From contig CM059442.1 in the NCBI GenBank assembly GCA_030390025.1, positions 1,860,001 to 1,924,000 of the forward strand: 64,000 nucleotides of DNA, given 5' to 3'. The notes under the pieces were generated by a model. That model was not told the origin of the DNA. It was given only the letters and a program-made list of their open reading frames with translations, and did no database searches. Numbering within the stretch: the stretch's first letter is position 1; each line of letters starts with the position of its first letter. The stretch comes from Squalus acanthias. Taxonomy: Eukaryota. Positions 38,063 through 47,032 of the stretch are shown piece by piece. The position numbers and the translations under genes were made by a program.

Positions 38063-38985
38063 CTAAGAAGAAAATGTAAGTGTTAGAAATCTGAGCCAAA
38101 TACTGGATTACAAAATAGGAATATGCGAAAAGTCAAAGAGCAGAAAAGGTCTTTCGGACTCAGAAACTTTTGCCCCAGCAGCATAACTGTCCGGACACAA
38201 CCACCAAATGTTTTATGAAGAAACACGAAGGGGGTAAATTTAACCTAACCCGTCGGTGGGAAACGGGCGAATTCAGGCAGGACTTCCGTTGTACACAACG
38301 CCGATTTCCCGCTCCGCTGCACGAAATTTTCATTCCATGCCTGTGGTCCAGATTTTCCTCTTCCATATTCATGTACTACCCGCACCACCTCCACAAAATC
38401 ACCTCTCATCCGTCTCCTTCCAGACTTGAATACGGAGTTTCTCGATTCATTCTTCATAATGTGACACTGTGGGTTGGAATTGCTCTTGACTGGTGAAGCA
38501 AAATTGGCGGTATCGCTCGCTCTGCCTGTTGTACACCAGACAGTACATTCAGTTCCTCAGATGGGGCATATCACAGGTGGCCAATGTGATATCCTCCATC
38601 TTGCACTATCAAGCAAGACACATTTGTGCCCAAGTAATGCAGTAGCACAAAAGTGGCGGCAGGTTTGAGCCGCCCATTCTACGATTAAATCTACATTCTA
38701 TTGAAATCAATGGTGCTAAATATCGGACGGAGCCTATAACAGGCGGCCGATTAAAGCCCTCCCGTTATGTGCTTCCATCAAAGACGCATTTCTACCCAGG
38801 TCCCTTTCAGCTTCGACCTTCGCTACTTCACCTGTCAGTCTAAATTTCCTAATATTTACAGTCCGAGGTTAGGGGTCCAGTGGAAGATGGTTGGAGGAGG
38901 TTGTTAGTACTGGGTAAGTAGAGAGGCGGCAGTAAGCTTAGTCTGTGTGTCTGCAATGACGGATAACCCATATTGTTTAACCCAC

Positions 38986-39075
38986 CTTTCTTCCAGAAGC
39001 ACAAACCCAACAGAGCAAGGATGAGAATCAGACCCACAGCAGAGCCAACACCAGCCTCCATCGCAAAGGGTTTAT
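38986..39075 (-). CDS. Transmembrane exon of Ig receptor gene B
   Basis: tttccctttatctcatttag|...|gtgggt, 90 nt, phase 1-1, reading (D)KPFAMEAGVGSAVGLILILALLGLCFWKK. An uncharged hydrophobic helix is followed by basic stop-transfer residues. Confidence 0.88.
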
Positions 39076-40002
39076 CTAAATGAGATAAAGGGAAACAGCG
39101 GAACCAAGTTAATCAACAGTTTCTGCACAAAATATATACTCTGCAGCTTAACGGAAGCCAGCAATAGGCAGTGGATCCAGAGTGAATTCCAAAACAGAAA
39201 AAATAAATAAGCAATTAAAAGTTTGATATAAAATCATAGAATTGCACTGAACGATATGAGTCCATTTCGCCCATCGTGCCTGTGCCGGCTCTTTGAAATA
39301 GCTATAGAATTAGTATCACAACTCTGCTCATTCCTCACAGCCCTGCATTGTTTCTCATTTTCAAGAATTTATCCGGTTCCCTTTGGAATCTTCATCTCAC
39401 CTCTGTTTTTTGCCAGTTATCTTAAATCTGTGCCCTCTGGTTACCGACCCTCCTGCCAGTAGAATCAGTTTCTGCTTATCTACTGTATCGTAAACCCTCA
39501 TCATGTTGAAAAATTCCATTAAATCTCCCGTTAACATTCTCTGCTCTAAGGTGAACGACCCCAGATTCCCTTGTCGCTTCACATAAAATGACATAGCATT
39601 TCCAACACTCGCGATACTGAATTGTATCGATTCCTTGGATTTGCACTGTTTCGATAAAGTGCCTCAGATGTTCAAAGTCTGTCTCACTTCTTCTCTGTTT
39701 TTCTTATAAAAGACACGCATTAAATCAGTGCTGCAAAATTAGCGAATCAGTAATAAAGTCGGCGGGGGTTTGGCACGCAGGTAACGTCAAAATTCACTGG
39801 GTGAACATGACGCAGCATGAAGATCATTCTCATTGTTCGATTGAATAGGTGCCTCATTAATTATTTTACTCTTTTATTGGATATTAACCGTGTTCTGGGA
39901 ACAAGCGACTCTTCCAAGCTGGCGGCAAAAATATAACAGACTGTGTGTAAATTAGTCAGTTTAATTCGGTATTTTCATTCTGGTCATTGCGTCAAAACTG
40001 CT

Positions 40003-40196
40003 TGTCGTAAGAATGAGCCTTACGCGTGGTGAACTTAAAGTAAGCTTTAATCAACTAAAAAGGTGCTACATACAAAAGAGGTCTTACTCTATGCCTCTCC
40101 AGGATGCAACTGATCAGCCCAGTATTTATCCTGGACTAATCACAGGAAGTGATGTAATAAAGTTCAAGTCACAGGAAGCTGTATTGTGTTACCACA
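40003..40196 (-). repeat. 3' LTR
   Basis: Identical to 44060-44253 except for one substitution I could find (gtcttActct vs gtcttGctct). On the minus strand it is preceded by the PPT ggggggggggagaa-like tract at 40197-40208. Confidence 0.97.
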
Positions 40197-40831
40197 TTCT
40201 CCCCCCCCAAAAGATTAGGAGGCCGGGATGAAGTTCGAGTCACAGGAAGCTGTATTGTGATACCACATTCTCCCTCCATTTCGTAGCCGCTGGACGAGGG
40301 AGAGCCGCACCCGTTTGGGTTTTCGTAGCGGTAGAGGGCCCCTAGCCCGTTTACCCGCCGCGGGCCGTGGACCAGAGTCCGAGTGATCCAGCCCGCTCTG
40401 TGAGGGGTCAGGACGATCCTGACTGTGTACTGGTGCCCGAACGGGTGTCGGGCAGGGCTGTGGCAGATCCGTTTCCGAGCGTATGGTACGGGGTGGATCG
40501 TGGCTGCGCGTGCGAGCCCCGACGGGCTCATAGTCAGTCTGCCCCAGGTCGGCACGCTGGGGTGAGGTACCAGCCGGCGTCAGATCCAGATCGTGATGAG
40601 AGGCACCTGGCGAGCCCAGAGATGTGCCTGGTACAATATCATCCCCTGGTGTCCCTCTATGTTTCGGCGGGCAGGGAGCCAGATCCCGCAATGACACGGT
40701 AGATTCCCGACCGTCAGGATACCGAATATAGGCGTAGGTAGGGTTGACGTCAGTGAGCTCAACCTCATCTACCAGGGGGTCATTCTTAGACGCCCGAACA
40801 TATCTTCGGAGTAGCACTGGTCCCGGTGCAG

Positions 40832-43800
40832 TCAGCCACGACGGGAGAGATATCCCATAGGATGAGCGACGTGAAATCGGAAGAACCGTTCATGAGGCGT
40901 CGTATTTGTGGCGGTCGAAAGGAGGGACCGTGTGGAGTGTAATGCGTCTGGAAGTACTGCTTCCCATTGCTGGTTGGGTAGGCACCGAGATCTCAAATCC
41001 AGACGTACCGCATTCCAGATGATAGCGTTAAAACGCTCGACTTGCCCATTCCCGACCGGATGATAAGGCGTCGTTCTGCTGGCAGCAATACCCCGTTCCG
41101 AGAGATAGGCCTTGAGTCCTCCTGACATAAAAGAAGGGCCCCGATCTGAATGAGCATAGGATGCCATGCCACAGAAAGCAAATACCTGCTCAAGGCAGCT
41201 GATAACCGTGGTCGTCAGCATATTGGGGCAGGGAAAGGCAAACGGAAAACGGGAATACTCATCGACCATGGTCAATAGATAAGTGTTGCGAGTTGAAGAG
41301 GGCAACGGCCCCTTAAAATCGATGCTAAGCCGTTGCATTGGCTGGGTCGCATGTATGAGTATACCACCCGAGGGGCGGAAAAACTGAGGTTTCAATTCCG
41401 CACAGACTCTGCAGTCCGAGCACATCTTCTTTACATTCCCGGTAGAGAATGGGAGATTTCGGGACCGCACGAAGTGTAGCATGCGAGTAACGCCCGGATG
41501 ACACAACCCATCATGGATGTCTACGAGCGTAGAGGGTGCCATGGCAGAGCAGAATGCTCGTGTGAGGGTATCCAGAGCCACATTCTCCTTGCCAGGTCGA
41601 TAGTGGATGGTGTAACCAAAAGAGGCCAATTCCAGCCGCCAAAGCTGGATTTTATTATTTTTAATTTTGGTCCGTTTTCGATTATCGAGCATGAAGGCGA
41701 CCGATCGCTGGTCCGTGATTAAGGTAAAGTGCTGGCGAGCTAGGAGATGAGTCCACTTCCGTACTGCCTCTATGATGGCTGTAGCTTCTTTCTCGACTGG
41801 AGGATAATGTAGCTCAGCCCCTTGAAAAGTCCTGGACAAAAATGCCACCGGACGACCTTCCTGATTCAGAGTGGCCGAGATCGCCACCTCCGAGGCATCA
41901 CACTCAACAACAAAAGGAAGACTCTCATCGATGGAGTGAAGAGCCGCTTTCTCCAACTGTTTTTTCAGGAGGTTAAAGGCTGCAACAGCCGCTGTGTCTA
42001 GTGGGAATGTGCTGGCCTTCAGTAGAGGTTGGATTCGGTCCGAGAAGTTAGGAATCCATTTAGCATAGTATGCAAACAGGCCGAGGGCCCGGCGCAAGGA
42101 GGCCAGATTCTTAGGTGGCGGGAGTTCTTGGAGTGGGCGAAGCCTTTCAGGGTCAGGTTTAATGATGCCATTGCCCACACAATAGCCAAGGATGTTGATG
42201 GTTGGTTGTGACTCAATGGATTTAGCCGCATTTAATGTCAAAATACGGTGCTGGAGTGCATCCCAAAATCGTTGGAGATTGGCGTCATGTTCCCGCTGAT
42301 TGCGACCTGCGACAGTAATATTGTCCAGATAAGGAAATGTATCCGTTAAGTCTTCCTGTTTGACCAGGTCATCCATTGCTCGCTGGAAGACAGCCACTCC
42401 ATTAGTGACCCCAAAGGGGAGGCGACGAAATTGATACAGCCGTCCATTGGCTTCAAAGGCCGTATACTGCTTGTCTGAGACCTTCAAGGGTACCTGATGA
42501 TAGGCACTTTTCAGATCATATGTTGAGAACACCGTGTACTCAGTCAGTTTATTAACCATATCATCGATGCGCGGCAATGGGTATGCGTCCAAGTCCGTAT
42601 ATTGATTGATGGTCTGTGAATAGTCAATGCACAGCCGTTTCTTGTGAGGTTGTATATTAGAAATAGTGATTTCAGGTTTGGATCCGCCGAACTCAGTGGT
42701 GAGCTTCTTATGCTGCTTTTGAAAATCTAGCCCTAAGATAAGATCACTACATAAGTCCTTGAGCACCGAAAGCCGGGTGGAGGGATACCTGTGACCATTA
42801 AGTGTTATTTCAACCATACAAAAGCCAGAAATTCTGGTATTAAGTGATGACTGAGCCATCGCAATTGCCTGGTCCGATGGGAAAACATGTAGCTTTAACT
42901 CTGCAACAATCTGTTCCCTAATGAAACTATCAGTGCTAACTGAGTCAATTAAGGCATCTAAAGTATGTCCATTAATTGATGCTTTTGTAGCTGCATGGAA
43001 ATAGTTCTGAGGACAAGCAGCTGTAATTGGTGTCGTTGCACAAAGAGTGGCTGAAACTCTAGGTGTGTTTCTTCGAGAGAAAACCCGAGAGGAAGCACGA
43101 TAGATTTTAGCCGGAACATCTTGATAGGCCCTTACCGGGGCAGTTCGGTAGGACTTAGCTTGATAAGCCCTCGTAGAGGCTCTTGATAGGCAAACCTTTG
43201 CAAAATTACCCTTTTTGTTGCAATGACTGCAAAACGCATTGCGAGCAGGGCAGAATTTCCGAAGGTGAAACTCATCACCACAAAAGAAGCATTTCTTAGA
43301 TTGCCAAGAGGCTGCTACAGTGGGGTCATCATCCTCTTCATCAGTGAAGTCATCAGATTGATCGTCAGGGATAAAGTCCTCCCTAATAGAGTTCACCTGT
43401 GGCCTCTTAAATTGCCTGACTGTAGTTAAGGCAGCAGACCGAGGTCTGGGCACTGTATAAAGGACTGCATTTCTTTTTGCCAGATCTAGAGAGCAAGCCA
43501 TGTCATAAGCTCTCTGAAGCTCAAGTGTCTTACTTTCCAGTAGACGCTGGCGTATAAATGGGGAGGCAAGCCCGCAGATGAAAGCATCACGGATCATTTC
43601 TTCACGGTACAGCTCAGCTGAGGCCGCCTGAAAGTTACAGTCCATACTAAGTCTGCGAAGCTCTTGGAGGAATTTATCAATGGATTCCTCCGGCCCTTGT
43701 TGGGCTGTAGCTAGTAGATGTCTGGCATAGACCTCATTCGGTGTCTTAGTATATAGTCTTTTAAGCGTCCGAATTGCCTCCTCGTAACTGCCCCATTCCT

Positions 43801-43981
43801 CGACATACTGAAATACATTCGGGGTGACACAGTTGATGAGTATCCGCAATTTTGAGTCATCATCAGCCTTGCAATATTCAAGAAAATTGTCAAACGTGCG
43901 ATACCAGTGTTTCCACACCTTACCGGCTGCTGGGGTGTTTGGGTCCAAGTCAAGACGCGATGGTTTAAGGATGTTTTCCAT
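40832..43981 (-). CDS. Gypsy gag-pol polyprotein (1049 aa, defective); integrase C-terminus continues after a frameshift in ORF 40215-40817
   Basis: Cys knuckles (CFFCG...CPARNAFCSHCNKKGN), protease LIDSVS, RT (YDLKSAYHQV, LPFGV, YLDN), RNase H (ECDAS) and integrase (HPG..., SIDF, HSDRG, NGQVER). Confidence 0.95.
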   Translation of the reverse strand: MENILKPSRLDLDPNTPAAGKVWKHWYRTFDNFLEYCKADDDSKLRILINCVTPNVFQYVEEWGSYEEAIRTLKRLYTKTPNEVYARHLLATAQQGPEESIDKFLQELRRLSMDCNFQAASAELYREEMIRDAFICGLASPFIRQRLLESKTLELQRAYDMACSLDLAKRNAVLYTVPRPRSAALTTVRQFKRPQVNSIREDFIPDDQSDDFTDEEDDDPTVAASWQSKKCFFCGDEFHLRKFCPARNAFCSHCNKKGNFAKVCLSRASTRAYQAKSYRTAPVRAYQDVPAKIYRASSRVFSRRNTPRVSATLCATTPITAACPQNYFHAATKASINGHTLDALIDSVSTDSFIREQIVAELKLHVFPSDQAIAMAQSSLNTRISGFCMVEITLNGHRYPSTRLSVLKDLCSDLILGLDFQKQHKKLTTEFGGSKPEITISNIQPHKKRLCIDYSQTINQYTDLDAYPLPRIDDMVNKLTEYTVFSTYDLKSAYHQVPLKVSDKQYTAFEANGRLYQFRRLPFGVTNGVAVFQRAMDDLVKQEDLTDTFPYLDNITVAGRNQREHDANLQRFWDALQHRILTLNAAKSIESQPTINILGYCVGNGIIKPDPERLRPLQELPPPKNLASLRRALGLFAYYAKWIPNFSDRIQPLLKASTFPLDTAAVAAFNLLKKQLEKAALHSIDESLPFVVECDASEVAISATLNQEGRPVAFLSRTFQGAELHYPPVEKEATAIIEAVRKWTHLLARQHFTLITDQRSVAFMLDNRKRTKIKNNKIQLWRLELASFGYTIHYRPGKENVALDTLTRAFCSAMAPSTLVDIHDGLCHPGVTRMLHFVRSRNLPFSTGNVKKMCSDCRVCAELKPQFFRPSGGILIHATQPMQRLSIDFKGPLPSSTRNTYLLTMVDEYSRFPFAFPCPNMLTTTVISCLEQVFAFCGMASYAHSDRGPSFMSGGLKAYLSERGIAASRTTPYHPVGNGQVERFNAIIWNAVRLDLRSRCLPNQQWEAVLPDALHSTRSLLSTATNTTPHERFFRFHVAHPMGYLSRRG

Positions 43982-44059
43982 GATGGGTGATTCCCTGGAT
44001 CCTTAGTTCCGAGTTCGTCCAAAAAGTTTGAGTGCGAAGTTTTTCAAAGTTGATTAAAT

Positions 44060-44253
44060 TGTCGTAAGAATGAGCCTTACGCGTGGTGAACTTAAAGTAA
44101 GCTTTAATCAACTAAAAAGGTGCTACATACAAAAGAGGTCTTGCTCTATGCCTCTCCAGGATGCAACTGATCAGCCCAGTATTTATCCTGGACTAATCAC
44201 AGGAAGTGATGTAATAAAGTTCAAGTCACAGGAAGCTGTATTGTGTTACCACA
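44060..44253 (-). repeat. 5' LTR
   Basis: The minus strand contains TATA-like GATAAATA and the poly(A) signal ATTAAA. Confidence 0.97.
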
Positions 44254-44864
44254 CTGCTCATGCGAGGAGAGAAAGAGATGACCTAATGTTTCAGGTGCGG
44301 GCCTTGGTCAGAACATCCTGCTCTCTCCACAGACGCCGACTGAACTGTTGTATATTTCAAACAGCTGATAGTTTTTTTTGCTTTTTTGCTTACTATGTTA
44401 AAATGAACTTTTGTTAAAGTCGCTAACGTGGATATATTTTTTTCTCAGCTTCCCTAGGGGGCAACCTTGGACAATTAGAGAATCGTTGAGGAACTACAAG
44501 AGAAAGCGAGTGAATCAAACTTTTAATCGGAGTTGGAGAAGTAAAACCATTCAATGATTAGCGCTTTAATTCGGCCATCAGTCACGCGGTAAGTAGCGAA
44601 CATTTAAGGGAATAAGTTTCAAAGGGTATTCGGGCACTGGGGCAAAAGCGGGCATTGTCGCATCGCACGCCTGTACAGTTCGATAGGACGGGGTTTAAGG
44701 CGGGCGGCCTATGAGACACCATCCAAGAAGAATTTTAACACCTGGATGTCATTTCCACGGCAGTTTTAATCGTTAAACAGAAAATCTGATGCGGACTAGC
44801 AATAACTCAAAAACTCCTTGTACTGGGGTACGATGAATACAGAGACTGTGTGAATCTCACTCAC

Positions 44865-45160
44865 CTCCTACAGTTATATGTACCGGGTCACTCAGAGCTG
44901 ATGTCAGCCGCCTTCCCCTCACATCCGCTTCATACAGACAGGAGTGATTTCCTCATTCGGCGTGATCAATACTCCTGATGGTGAAGGTGACAGAATAACA
45001 CCCTGCAGCAGCAGGCTGGACATCCGAGTAATTCGTTTCCCCTTGACGGTATAAGTAAAATGTGATGCCAGGAAGCTCCGGGGGCTTGTACAGTTAAAGA
45101 TGACTTCTCCACTCTTCACAACAACATTGGAATCCATTAATATATTTGGTTTGGGTAGAT
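44865..45160 (-). pseudogene. Disabled membrane-proximal Ig-domain exon of gene B (1-bp deletion plus stop)
   Basis: 296 nt between intact AG and GTGAGT. Reads DLPKPNILMDSNVVVKSGEVIFNCTSPRSF, then after a frameshift at ~45070 ITFYLYRQGETNY...VTFTIRSIDHAE*GNHSCLYEADVRGRRLTSALSDPVHITVG. TGA at 44953-44955. Confidence 0.9.
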
Positions 45161-45259
45161 CTGTATTTCGAAAGGAACAAGTAGTGACCATCGATTCAAA
45201 ATGCAATACAGACTTATTCTTTTGAACCAAAAAATGAATAACCTGAACTTGTGTAAACA

Positions 45260-46990
45260 GGGCATAATTGAAAAGTTTGGAGAAGACACGACAGTCCAAA
45301 ATATATTGAGCAGTGAGGAGGATATCAACACACTTCAAGAGGACATGATTCTGCTATTCCCATTTACACCTCTTCTAGACACATCTTTTCTTTCTTTACT
45401 GGTCCCATACCATCTCCTTTTGCATTGTACAATCAGACCATCTATCATTTAATCTTTCCAGCATTCCAAACTATCACAGACCTTCCCTTTTGATCTTTTC
45501 ACCCTTTCCCCCATTCCCTGCCTCTGCATTTGCTTAAATTCTTTTATATCGCGAAGTTTTTTGCAGTTCTGAGGAAAGGTCATCCATCTGAACTGTTAAC
45601 TCTGTTTCTCTCTCGACAGATGCTGTCTCGCTGCTGAGTATTTCCAGCATGTTTTGTTTTTAATTCAGGAGTACATAGACAGACTGGTGAAATTGAGAGA
45701 AACATGGGGGCAGATGAAATTTAACACAGAGAAGTGTGAAGTGACACATTTTGGTAAGAAAGAATGAGGAGGGACAGTATAAACGAAATGGTACAATTTC
45801 AAACGTGGTGCAGGAACAACGGGACCTGTGGTGCACATATACCAGTCTTTAAAGGTGGCGGGATAGGCAGAGGAAACATTTAAAGAAAAGCTTTATCAAA
45901 CTGAGGTTGAGACTACAAAGTCAAAGAAGATATGCTAAAGCTGTAGAAATCAATGGATAGACGCCATGTAGGAATACCGTGTCCCAAATTAGGTCATTAC
46001 GCTTTAGGAAGGATGTCAATGCCTTAGAGACGGTGTAGAGGAGATTTACCAGAATGCTTCCAGCGATGAGGAATTTCAGTAATATTGAGAGGCTGGTGAA
46101 ACTGTGATTGATTTCCTCAGAGCAGAGAAGGATGAGTAGAGATTTAATAGAGGTGATCAAAATCGTGAAGGGTTTTGATAGAGTAAATAAGTATGAACTT
46201 TTTCCAGTGACAGAAAGGTAGGTAACCAGGGGTCGCAGGTCTGATTGTACAAATCAAATTTCCTCTCAACCTTTTCTGCTCTAAGGAGAACAAACCCAGC
46301 TTATCTAATATGTCCACGTAACTGAAGTCCGTCATCCCTGGAATCGTCGTCGTAAATCGTCTGTGGCCCTCTCTGAGGCCTTCACACCATTCCTAATGTG
46401 CGTTGCCCAGAATTAGAGACAATACTCCAGTTGAGGCCGGTAAAGTGTTTTATAAAAGTTTATTATAACTTCCTTGCTGTTTTACTTTATGCCACTATTT
46501 AAGAACTTGACTTGACATCATGGCCGGTCTTCCCAGGTGTTTTTTTTTTTTTTTTAAAACACAAGAACACAAATTGACAGGATATGCAGCCAGCAGGTGG
46601 TTTGACACGCTGGACCCCCTGGGACACATCTCATTGTCTTGGCTGTGCTCTTTGTTGTAGCGAATAATGTGAATAGATTTTGTCTGGGTTTAAATTGTGA
46701 ATTCTGGGAGATTCTCTCATTGCTAACTTACCTGACGAAGGAGCGATAGCTCCGAAAGCTTGTAAAATTAAATAAATCTGTTGGACTATAACCTGGTGTT
46801 GTGCGACTTCTCACTATTTAAGAAGTTCAGGATCCCGTATGCTTTTATAACCGTTATCTCAAACTGCCCTGCCACCTTCAACGATGTGTGCACATATACC
46901 TCCAGGTCTCTCTGTTTACAAACATCCTTTAGGATTGTACCCTTTAGTTTTTATTGCCTCTCCTCGTTCTTCCTACCAAAATATATCAAG
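45260..46990. mobile_element. Cluster of degenerate CR1 fragments (+ then -) with nested Penelope-type pieces at ~45345-45665 and 46506-46811
   Basis: CR1 RT-end motifs on both strands, interrupted by inserts carrying hammerhead-like cores. Confidence 0.75.
46728..46765 (+). ncRNA. Minimal type-I hammerhead ribozyme (Penelope-associated)
   Basis: TTAC-CTGACGA-A-GGAGC-gata-GCTCC-GAAA-GCTT-GTAA. The core is intact, stems I and II are perfect, and stem III is the palindrome AAGCTT. Confidence 0.8.
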
Positions 46991-47032
46991 TCGGATTCTT
47001 CTACCTTAATATATTTGGTATTGTTACCGCAT
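46990..47032 (-). pseudogene. Truncated remnant of a further Ig exon (acceptor plus ~14 codons)
   Basis: Same acceptor (atttattttaccacag) and upstream intron as the exons at 51809 and 54038. Reads DAVTIPNILR*KNPT and then runs into CR1 sequence. Confidence 0.7.

Larger units (their letters stand above)
40003..44253 (-). mobile_element. Ty3/Gypsy LTR retrotransposon (Mag-like gag), complete termini, internally damaged
   Basis: Two 194-bp TG...CA LTRs, a 5-bp TSD CTGCT (39998-40002 and 44254-44258), a polypurine tract next to the left LTR, and gag-PR-RT-RH-IN domain order. Confidence 0.98.
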
